Shown: one piece after another, positions 56,258-64,000 of the stretch | Position numbering within the stretch: position 1 is the first letter of the stretch | How the letters are laid out: every line of letters begins with the position of its first letter | Assembly (NCBI GenBank): GCA_050633305.1 | Contig: JBOEGF010000008.1 | Span: 350,459 to 414,458 of the forward strand | DNA: 64,000 nt | DNA from: Nannocystales bacterium | GTDB taxonomy: Bacteria; Myxococcota_A; Polyangia; Nannocystales; Nannocystaceae | Direction of reading: 5' to 3' | Notes under the pieces: model-generated | Told to the model about the DNA's origin: nothing | Databases searched by the model: none | Seen by the model: only the letters and a program-made list of their open reading frames with translations | Made by a program: the position numbers and the translations under genes

Positions 56258-56899
56258 ATGAGGCTTTCCGGACGGACATACCCCACCACCCAGCGCGCCC
56301 CCGCACGCTGCGCTTTCCCTTTACGGACGACGGAGGACGAAGAACTCGTCCGGCAGGCGGTGGACGACGACAGCACGGAGGCCTTCGGCGAGCTCATGCG
56401 ACGCAACGAGCCGCGCATTCGCGCGCTCCTCCTCCGTCTGACGAGAGGCGACCGCGTCCTCACTGAAGATCTCACCCAAGAAGCGTTCCTACGCGCCTAC
56501 AAAGGTCTGCCTCGGTTCGAAGGCCGCGCGCGGTTCTCGACCTGGGTCCATCGCATCGCGTACTACGCGTTCCTCAACCACACCAACCGGGTTCCGCGGC
56601 ACGCGAGCTTGCCCGAAGGCTTCGAAAACACTGCGGAAGCCGCGCTTGGAGAGTTCTCCTCGACCCAGTCGGATCTGCGCGAGGACATGGACCGGGCGCT
56701 TGCCAAGCTCCCCGACCGGTACCGTGAGGTGCTCGAGATGCACTTTCTTCGGCACGTCCCGTACCGCGACATCGCCGACCACTTCGGCCTGCCACTGGGT
56801 ACCGTGAAAACCCAGCTCCACCGCGCCAAGCTCATGATGCGCACGAAGATGGACGGCTGGGCCGTCGAGACCGGCCGCGCATACGCGGTGGTGATGTAG
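56258..56899 (+). CDS. ECF (sigma-70 group 4) RNA polymerase sigma factor
   Basis: Region 2 EDLTQEAFLRAY...FSTWVHRIA and region 4 YRDIA..FGLPLGTVKTQLHRAK. Start uncertain. Confidence 0.92.
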   Translation: MRLSGRTYPTTQRAPARCAFPLRTTEDEELVRQAVDDDSTEAFGELMRRNEPRIRALLLRLTRGDRVLTEDLTQEAFLRAYKGLPRFEGRARFSTWVHRIAYYAFLNHTNRVPRHASLPEGFENTAEAALGEFSSTQSDLREDMDRALAKLPDRYREVLEMHFLRHVPYRDIADHFGLPLGTVKTQLHRAKLMMRTKMDGWAVETGRAYAVVM

Positions 56900-56957
56900 G
56901 AGTTTTTCTACGGTCAGCCTGGCCGGAGCAGTCCCATCTCCCTACACTGATCCAGCT

Positions 56958-57500
56958 TTGAACCAGAACCCGCACGGCTACCCGCAGCAACCTGGCCCTC
57001 ATGGCCATCCTCATCCCGGGCAGCCCCATCCAGGGCAGCCTCATCCCGGCCAGCCCCATCCCGGCCAGTACGCACCGCAGCAGCCGCCAGGACCGGCCGC
57101 GGGTCACCATCCGCCACCACCGGGAGCGGGAGCCTATGGAGCGCCTCCTCCAGGGATGCACCCCGGCCAAGGACCCGGGTACGGCGCGCCTCCTCCAGGA
57201 GCGTACGCCGCGCCGATGGCGGACCCCCGGATCAAAGAGCTCAACGATCAATCCAACACCTGGCTGATCGTGTCGATCGTCGGCTTCTGGCTCGGGTTCG
57301 GCTTCGTGACCGGCCCGCTGTCCTGGATGAAGGCCAACAGCATCCGCCGGAACTACCGAAGCATGGGCATGCAGCCCTCGGGCACATCCACCGCCGCGAT
57401 GATCGTCGGGATGGTGTCCTCGCTGGTCTACGTGTTCGCGGTCCTGGCCGTCGTCATGATGTTCACGATCTTCGCCGGAGCCGTCGCAGCCGGGGCCTAG
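56958..57500 (+). CDS. Pro/Gly/His-rich membrane protein (DUF4190-like)
   Basis: (HPGQP)n low-complexity N-terminus followed by two TM regions. TTG start. Confidence 0.75.
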   Translation: MNQNPHGYPQQPGPHGHPHPGQPHPGQPHPGQPHPGQYAPQQPPGPAAGHHPPPPGAGAYGAPPPGMHPGQGPGYGAPPPGAYAAPMADPRIKELNDQSNTWLIVSIVGFWLGFGFVTGPLSWMKANSIRRNYRSMGMQPSGTSTAAMIVGMVSSLVYVFAVLAVVMMFTIFAGAVAAGA

Positions 57501-57519
57501 CCGCCACGCGCCCGTACCC

Positions 57520-57555
57520 AACGCCGCCCGCCTTTCCCAGGCGCGCGGCGTTTTT
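57520..57555. terminator. Intrinsic terminator hairpin between convergent genes
   Basis: aACGCCGC-ccGCCT-ttccc-AGGC-gc-GCGGCGT followed by a T-run. Confidence 0.65.
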
Positions 57556-60500
57556 CATGTCGCGAGGTGCTGCGCATGCAGTCGGTGGAACTCGAGTTCA
57601 TGGTGGTCGGTCACCTCCTCGAGCCCAACATTGAACGCCGAGAACACCGAGGACGCGACGATCGACACGTAGCGACCACGCAACTCCGGGGTCCCGCTCC
57701 GGGCGAGTTCGGCAACAGGGTGACGAACGTTGACGAACACGACCCCGTCGGAGAACTCGGCCAGCATCGAGGAGCCATGTTCCATGACTCGGAGTAGATC
57801 GAGCATCGCGTTGCTGAACATGCCCGGCGAGCCTCGACGCACGATCCGCAGCTCCGTACGAATGGCATCGAGCAGCACCGCGTCAGCCGTTGGCGGGGCA
57901 ACAATGGGTTCGAGCTTGACCTCCACTTCGGGCTCCGGCGTGCTCGCCGGCTCGCTCACCGCCTTTGGGGCACTGGAAGCCGGTCCGGCCCCCTCTGACT
58001 CGGGTCCGTTCAGTTTCTCGCGTTGGTCGAGCGAGATGCTTCGACCGTTGAGCAGCTCGAACAGCGGAACGGTCCTCAGCGCCTTGTAGAACCTCCGGCT
58101 TGCCCCGTCGCCAGGCTTACGCCCGGAGCTCCATTGCTCGAACATACGCTGGACCAAACGTCGCAACGTGCTTCGATCTTGGAGCCACGCAAACGAACGG
58201 TCGGCCGCCGCGGGATCGAACCGCTCGTGAACCCGCTGATACATCTCTCGGGCCTTCTGCTGCAGATACTCACCGCCCCTCTTGTCGAGGGATGCGAACT
58301 CCCATCCGGCATCGATCGACACCGCCGGCCCGTGGACAGCACCGCCGACGATGAACAGCGCGGAGACGTCGGAGTAGCCCGCGATCTTCTCCGCATCACC
58401 CAGCGCAACGGCCCCCTCGTCCAGCATGGGATCGATCCACAGCAAGCCCTTCACCCCGCGGCCATCGACCGCCTCCACCTCCACCGCATCGACACGGCCC
58501 GTGGGCATCGCCGGAGCCGCATTGCGGTTCCCATCTCGGATACGCCGCTGTCGAAGGCGCTCGTCGTAGTCCTTCACCTCACCGCACAGGAGCTCGAGCA
58601 GTTCTTTCACGTGGGCGTGCGTGACGAAGACCAGCCGCGGGAAGGGCCCCGTGGCGTCGGAGGACCCCGCCGCGCAATACACCTGCTCGTCACCCCCGCT
58701 GAGGCCGAGGATCGCATCGAGTTCCCAGAACGTGCCATCGAGATGCTCGAACAACCGCAGCTCCAACAAAGCGGCAGGACCGGGCTCTTTCAGGGCGCGC
58801 CGACCTCGGTCTCCCACCATCAGCCCGAGTAGCAGCCTCCCCCACGCCCGGGCCCAAGCCACCTCCTCATCGCTCAGCTCGGGCCAAGCGTCGCGAAGCG
58901 CCTCGGCCAATCGTGGCCACGCGTCCTGGCATGCGGCCGCGATGTGGACGATGTCCTTCTCGGACAAGGAGCTGAACTCGCGCCCGACCCCGAAAGACTC
59001 GGCCTGGAGCACCCCCACCAGGGATGCCTGCGCCTCGGGGACGACCACGTCGCACACCCGGCGTCGACGTCGGCACGCGAGGATCGTCGCGCTCGGGATG
59101 CTGGGATGCGCACGAGGAATACCAATCTCGCCTTGCAACTCTCCCTGTGCCTCAACCTTGACCAGGACCTCGTCCGAGGGCAGCGCCAGATCGACCTTGG
59201 ACTGCCGCTCAAACGCTTCCCGGGCCTGCCAAAGGTCGAACCAGGCCCGACCATCCGCGAGCGTGTCCTGCCCGAACACCCGTCCGAGGACCTCGAACAT
59301 CGCCTTGGTCGCGACCAAGACCACACGGGGAACCCCACCCGCCACCGCCTTGGGGAGGTTGGACGCGTCCATCACCAACGCTTTGTTGTGGCGCTCGAGG
59401 TCGGCCAGGACCGAGGCGATCGAACAATGCTCGTGAAATGCCGGCAACATCGCGACCTCGCGCAGCTCCGCCCACACGGGACCGATCGCCCGGACAAGGG
59501 CTTCGAGCGCGGCGTCGGCTGGAGGGTGTTGCTTCGAGACCTCGCCGTCAAAAAGGGCACGAACCGCACCTCTCGAGAGCGGCTCGTCCTCGTGAGCCGC
59601 GAGGCGCAGGAGCGTCACCATCCGCTCGGTCGCATGCGAGGCACCGTGCGCGTCGTGACTCGCGTCGAACGCCTGAAGCCATCCGGGGTGCAGGAACGGG
59701 GCGAGCGTGAGCTGTCGGATTGTGGACTTCCACTGCGGGTCCGTGCCATCCGCGTTTCGGGTCGCGAACGCTCCGAGGAACAGCTCCACCGCGGCGAGGT
59801 CGACCACCTTTTGCAACACCGGGCGAGCCTTGGTGCGCAGCCCCGAGAAGTCGGATCGTAGCGGCGCGTCCAGCCAATCGACCACCATGACAATGCTCCC
59901 GATGGGACACGGCAGGCTGACGAACTCGACCGAGCGGCGCTCCTTCATCACCCGGACGCTCACGTCCCCGCCCGAGTCCTTCGCGTCGGCGGCCCCCACG
60001 AGAATCCCGGCCTTCACGTCCATGCCGTGCGCCGAAAACGCCACCCTTTGCGCGGTCTCTCCGAACAGCTCAAACGGTTCGGCAGGTTTGCTTCGCCACG
60101 CCTGTGCCGCAACATCCGTGGCGTACGCGTCTTCGGCAGCCACCACAGCGTCAGAGCCCAGAGTCCTTCGCAGGAGCACGCGACTCGCCTTGTCACACAG
60201 GACGTATCCCTCGAACGCACCGCTTCGCGCTTTGCCTGCCAGCAAGACCTTCACCGGGTTCTGTGGGGAGTGAATCTCCCGAAGCTGAGACAACGACCAC
60301 GGGGCGCCCGCGAGTTGCGGGAACAACGGGAGTGCGAGCAGCGGGTGGGCATCGCCAAACGGATCGCTGAGCCCACACTCCCCGAACTTGTTGACCCATC
60401 GTGCCGCCCGCTGCTTGCTAAACCCTGCTGCCACGTAGAACGAACGACCAAAGCTCGGTCGACACACCAGCGCCACCAACGTGCGAAGTACCGGGCGCAG

Positions 60501-62144
60501 CCTTGGCTCAGCGGATACGGCAACGGTCCGCCCCACCGTCTCGAAGGCGCGCATCGTCGCCTCGATCACGGCGTGCAACCCTCGTGCGAGCGCTTCGCTA
60601 CGCCGAGAGCGAGTCCAATCCGAGGTCGGCTCGAAGTTGGCTTCCACCACCGCGACGAAGCCGGGGATATGCAGGACGGACCGCTTGAGGACCAGCGTCT
60701 CGAGCAGCTTGCCTCGATACACCAGCTGGACGACCGACTCTTCCCGATCGCTGCGCCGAATCCCGACCTCGCCCTCGATCCCCTCTCCCATCACGGGCTC
60801 ACGAGCGAGGTACAGACCATCCCCGAGCGTGGTGCTCCAATCCCGGCGGAACAGCTTGGCCTTGTGCTCGGCTCGCTCGGCAGCCGACTCGTATGCGGAG
60901 GTCCGGTCCCGCAGCGAGTCGTCGAAGATCACCCGCAGCGCAGAGCGCAATGCCTCGGACTCGGCGCGAATCGCCCGAGAGAATCCTTCTCGCTCTCCAC
61001 GGGGCCGGGACACGAAGTCGACGTGCCCCTTTCCCCGAAGCTGCGCCGTGCTCATCCACTCACCACCGAGCCGCTGCCAAACCGGAAGCGCGAGGTACAG
61101 CGGGAGCACGTCCCCGACCAGTTGAAGGCGCCACGGTGCCTTGACCCGCTCCGCAATCCACGTGGGCATGCGGGAGCGCAATGCGCTGGGAAGTTCCTCC
61201 CACTTTTGCGGGTCCTCCTGGAACAGCTGGGCCATCGACAGCAGCGAACGCTCCAACGCGATCCCGAGTCGGCCGAGGACCTCTGAGTACGCATCGTCGC
61301 GCACGACGTCCGACTGAGAGACGTCTTTTCGCAACGCGATGCTGTCGACCATCGCGACGAATCCAGCTGGGAAAGACGGCAGCGGATGCGTCGCCAGCCA
61401 GACCCCCGCGTTGAGCACCTCCAGGGTCGCGGGCGGGGGGTCGTGTTCGACGAGGAAACCGCAGAATCCGCGGATCCCCTCCCCCTCAACATCGACACGA
61501 CCCACCACGCTCCCCAGGCGTAGCCCCCAGGAGATCCGCCCTCCATCGAGAATGACCGGAAGCTCCGCGTACCGGACCCGCTCTTTAAGGATGGCCTCCT
61601 CGGCGATCGTCCCGCGCAGGTTGTCGACGAAGCGCAGCGCCAGCCCGGGGCGGAAGCGCTGCTTGACGTGGACCCGCGTCCCGCGTTCGTCACGGGGCGC
61701 GCAATCCTGTGCCGACTCGACCGCTCCCCCCCCTGGCCGCAACTGCAGGGAGGACGACGTCTCGGCATGATGACTCGACACCCTCACCCAACGAGGGTTC
61801 AGCGCCAACGCGCCGTTGAGACCAATCGCCAGCTCCTGACGCGAACGCAGGTTGCTCTGCGGGCGGTCGCCAAACATCGAGACGAACAGATCGTCGAGGT
61901 CGGCCTTCGAGTACCCCTCACCATCGAACCAGGCCTCCATGTCCGAGGCATCGATCTGGAACTCGATGAGTGTCGCCCCCTGGTGCACTGCCGCCTGCAC
62001 GAGCATGAGCACGTACTGACGAGGATCGGAGAGCTGGAACTGGCGCATCTTCTCCCGCGCTTTCTCTTTGTCGATGCTGAAGCCTCCATGGGCTTCGACC
62101 TCGCCCCCGGCCGCGAGCTCGGCCAAGATGTCTTTGGAACTCAT
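57555..62144 (-). CDS. Large Hsp90/GHKL-like protein with a degenerate ATPase domain and internal repeats
   Basis: N-terminal FSID...KMRQFQL...YVLMLVQAA, ELAIGLNGA and GTRV. About five repeated units. C-terminal FVNVRHP. Confidence 0.75.
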   Translation of the reverse strand: MSSKDILAELAAGGEVEAHGGFSIDKEKAREKMRQFQLSDPRQYVLMLVQAAVHQGATLIEFQIDASDMEAWFDGEGYSKADLDDLFVSMFGDRPQSNLRSRQELAIGLNGALALNPRWVRVSSHHAETSSSLQLRPGGGAVESAQDCAPRDERGTRVHVKQRFRPGLALRFVDNLRGTIAEEAILKERVRYAELPVILDGGRISWGLRLGSVVGRVDVEGEGIRGFCGFLVEHDPPPATLEVLNAGVWLATHPLPSFPAGFVAMVDSIALRKDVSQSDVVRDDAYSEVLGRLGIALERSLLSMAQLFQEDPQKWEELPSALRSRMPTWIAERVKAPWRLQLVGDVLPLYLALPVWQRLGGEWMSTAQLRGKGHVDFVSRPRGEREGFSRAIRAESEALRSALRVIFDDSLRDRTSAYESAAERAEHKAKLFRRDWSTTLGDGLYLAREPVMGEGIEGEVGIRRSDREESVVQLVYRGKLLETLVLKRSVLHIPGFVAVVEANFEPTSDWTRSRRSEALARGLHAVIEATMRAFETVGRTVAVSAEPRLRPVLRTLVALVCRPSFGRSFYVAAGFSKQRAARWVNKFGECGLSDPFGDAHPLLALPLFPQLAGAPWSLSQLREIHSPQNPVKVLLAGKARSGAFEGYVLCDKASRVLLRRTLGSDAVVAAEDAYATDVAAQAWRSKPAEPFELFGETAQRVAFSAHGMDVKAGILVGAADAKDSGGDVSVRVMKERRSVEFVSLPCPIGSIVMVVDWLDAPLRSDFSGLRTKARPVLQKVVDLAAVELFLGAFATRNADGTDPQWKSTIRQLTLAPFLHPGWLQAFDASHDAHGASHATERMVTLLRLAAHEDEPLSRGAVRALFDGEVSKQHPPADAALEALVRAIGPVWAELREVAMLPAFHEHCSIASVLADLERHNKALVMDASNLPKAVAGGVPRVVLVATKAMFEVLGRVFGQDTLADGRAWFDLWQAREAFERQSKVDLALPSDEVLVKVEAQGELQGEIGIPRAHPSIPSATILACRRRRRVCDVVVPEAQASLVGVLQAESFGVGREFSSLSEKDIVHIAAACQDAWPRLAEALRDAWPELSDEEVAWARAWGRLLLGLMVGDRGRRALKEPGPAALLELRLFEHLDGTFWELDAILGLSGGDEQVYCAAGSSDATGPFPRLVFVTHAHVKELLELLCGEVKDYDERLRQRRIRDGNRNAAPAMPTGRVDAVEVEAVDGRGVKGLLWIDPMLDEGAVALGDAEKIAGYSDVSALFIVGGAVHGPAVSIDAGWEFASLDKRGGEYLQQKAREMYQRVHERFDPAAADRSFAWLQDRSTLRRLVQRMFEQWSSGRKPGDGASRRFYKALRTVPLFELLNGRSISLDQREKLNGPESEGAGPASSAPKAVSEPASTPEPEVEVKLEPIVAPPTADAVLLDAIRTELRIVRRGSPGMFSNAMLDLLRVMEHGSSMLAEFSDGVVFVNVRHPVAELARSGTPELRGRYVSIVASSVFSAFNVGLEEVTDHHELEFHRLHAQHLAT

Positions 62145-63757
62145 CGCTCCCCCAGTTCGTGGGCTGCCGCTGCAAGTTCTCCGTCGATGCTCGGCGTCAG
62201 CCCACTCCCGACGAAGAAGAGCTTGGCCAGCATGTACGCGGCCAACGGAAGGTCGCGCTGCGCCAGAGGCCCCAACGCCTGGGTCGCGGGATGGTCCACG
62301 TTGACGATCACCGGTCGGGAACGGGCGAAGAAGCCACGACCCAGCGTGGTCACATCCTCCAGCGGCGTGAGTGAGAACGGGTTCGGTTGCGATACCGCAA
62401 CTCGCGAGGTGAGACTCGACCCCGGGTAGTCGAAGTGTCCGAACTGCACCTGCGACACCTTGTGTCCCGCATTCCGAAACACCGACCGCGTCGCCTCGGC
62501 CAAAGGATCGAAGGCAGCGTGCTCCGCAGCATCGCGCAGTGGCAGCGGTAAGGCCCAGTGCGCCTCGAGAGCGCCGATCGTGAAATCCCCGCCTGAGGAC
62601 CCGATAGACTTGAGTAGGGCCCCATCCTCAGCGTCGTGCCCAGCGTGAACAACCGTCTTCCCCGCGGCCGCGACCGCATCGCTCAGTGGCCCCTGCGTGC
62701 GCGTGATGAGTATGAGGTCGTCCGCGACACCGTCCATCAGTCGGCCGAGCGTGAGATGCTCCGCGCTCGGGGTGAGCGCAACCACGCTCTGCGCCGCCCC
62801 CTTCTGGGTCTGAGGACGAAGGCCACGCTCGACATGCCAGCGAACACACCGATGATGAAGGTTGCGCCACGGCGTCGGGACTGCGCTTCGAAGCTCGGTC
62901 TCGAGATTCTCGAACGCGCGCAGTGCCAGGGGTCCATGCACCGTGTCCGCGATCGCCGCCATGACCCGGGCATGCCCCTCGTCTTTGATCACCGCGTCAC
63001 GCGTCAGCGTGTGCTCGAGGTGAGGGCTCCACGCCCGTACGAGCGTGCCAGGGTGCGGACTCTCGTCGAGTTCCACCAGGGTCAGCCCCCCGTTGTACAG
63101 ACCCAGAAAGGTCTCCGAGTTCGGAGGGTGGGATGCAGAGACCCGGGAATACCCATCGTCGTGTTCGACGCTACACGGGTTCGAGTATCCGAACGGGACA
63201 GCGATCGGCTCGCCGTCGACACGAATGTCGCAGACGGCATGCTTGCACCAATAGGTCACCGTCTTCCGCACCGCGACTTCGAAGCCGCTGAACTCTTGCG
63301 AAGACATCGACTTGTACACGCGGATCGTCGTCCCCTCGATCGGCTCATCCAGGCGTAGAAGGCGGAAGGCTCGTGTCTCATCGAAGAGCACTCGCCAGGC
63401 CTCACCATCGCGCGCGGTGTCCACACACACGACCTCGGGCCCGATCGCAAACACGGATACAAACCCGATTCCAAACTTGCCGATCTTGGTCCGGTCTCCG
63501 TCCTTCTGCGACGAGAACAAGCGCGTCAGCTTGGTCTCGATGATCTCGCGGCTCATGCCCCCGCCCCAGTCGGAGACGGCGATCACAGCGGTTCCCGCGT
63601 CCCCTTTGGCCTCGAACGAGGTGTTGATCTCCACCTCGTGGCTCCCAGCGTCGATGGCGTTCTGAACGAGCTCCCGGAGGAACGAGAGCGGGTCTGAGAA
63701 CTGGTTGACGAGCTCGTCAAGTGCGTCGTCGACAGGGGCAACCGAGGGGGCTGACAC
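62141..63757 (-). CDS. Hsp90-like GHKL ATPase (HATPase_c family)
   Basis: Motifs FLRELVQNAIDA, DWGGGM, IGKFGIGFVSVF and EGTTI. C-terminal IVNVDHP. Confidence 0.88.
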   Translation of the reverse strand: MSAPSVAPVDDALDELVNQFSDPLSFLRELVQNAIDAGSHEVEINTSFEAKGDAGTAVIAVSDWGGGMSREIIETKLTRLFSSQKDGDRTKIGKFGIGFVSVFAIGPEVVCVDTARDGEAWRVLFDETRAFRLLRLDEPIEGTTIRVYKSMSSQEFSGFEVAVRKTVTYWCKHAVCDIRVDGEPIAVPFGYSNPCSVEHDDGYSRVSASHPPNSETFLGLYNGGLTLVELDESPHPGTLVRAWSPHLEHTLTRDAVIKDEGHARVMAAIADTVHGPLALRAFENLETELRSAVPTPWRNLHHRCVRWHVERGLRPQTQKGAAQSVVALTPSAEHLTLGRLMDGVADDLILITRTQGPLSDAVAAAGKTVVHAGHDAEDGALLKSIGSSGGDFTIGALEAHWALPLPLRDAAEHAAFDPLAEATRSVFRNAGHKVSQVQFGHFDYPGSSLTSRVAVSQPNPFSLTPLEDVTTLGRGFFARSRPVIVNVDHPATQALGPLAQRDLPLAAYMLAKLFFVGSGLTPSIDGELAAAAHELGER

Positions 63758-63876
63758 GCGAAGACAAGGCTATCACGCGTGGCGAGAGGAGCGCCGAGTC
63801 CGACGGTCCGTGGGCCGGCCGATCATTCCTCGACGCGACGGGAATAGCCACCAACCCAAGCTGGTACGCTGCTCCC

Positions 63877-64000
63877 ATGGCCAAGCTCAAAGCCGCCCTC
63901 GCAATGGGTGCCGTCGCTGCACTCGGTTTCGGAACCTACTCCCTGCTCTCCCCCTGCGACGAAGACGCCGCTGGGACCCGTGACCTCGTCAACCAAGTGT
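63877..64000 (+). CDS. Partial CDS (runs off the window): hypothetical exported/membrane protein
   Basis: Open frame MAKLKAALAMGAVAALGFGTYSLLSPCDEDAAGTRDLVNQV..., not in the ORF track. Confidence 0.6.
   Translation, partial: MAKLKAALAMGAVAALGFGTYSLLSPCDEDAAGTRDLVNQV

Overview
A GC-rich, gene-dense bacterial chromosome segment with about 50 CDS and one tRNA-Leu(TAG). The gene content points to Myxococcota, most like Nannocystaceae; this is an inference from protein families, not a database result. Those families include many Ser/Thr/Gly-linker, Cys-rich lipoproteins, a Ser/Thr kinase-TPR protein, a DUF1592/DUF1552 pair and a vWA lipoprotein. Housekeeping-type genes are rnhA, a PLP aminotransferase, an MTHFR-like protein, a SUV3-like helicase, a PP2C phosphatase, a TetR regulator, an ECF sigma factor and a USP. 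I saw no integrase, transposase, CRISPR array or rRNA. Five things stand out. (1) A dispersed alkaline-phosphatase/sulfatase-superfamily module: a histone-H1-like-tailed sulfatase-fold enzyme plus a phosphodiesterase at 8.6-12.0 kb; a paralogous phosphodiesterase, a 61-aa RHH-like protein ending in an 'LxxLGY' tail and a DUF106/EMC3-like (Oxa1-superfamily-like) membrane protein at 37.8-40.8 kb; and an arylsulfotransferase carrying the same LxxLGY motif at 46.6-48.3 kb. (2) A translationally coupled pair of Hsp90/GHKL-like proteins: one with intact ATPase motifs, and a 1529-aa partner with a degenerate ATPase domain and about five tandem middle-domain-like repeats. (3) A structured 5' leader with mutually exclusive pairings over the SD/start codon of a DUF1835 gene. 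(4) A DUF455 ferritin-like diiron domain fused to an ATP-grasp-like domain. (5) Several apparent pseudo- or altered-chemistry enzymes. All family assignments come from reading motifs by eye and need HMM or structure confirmation.
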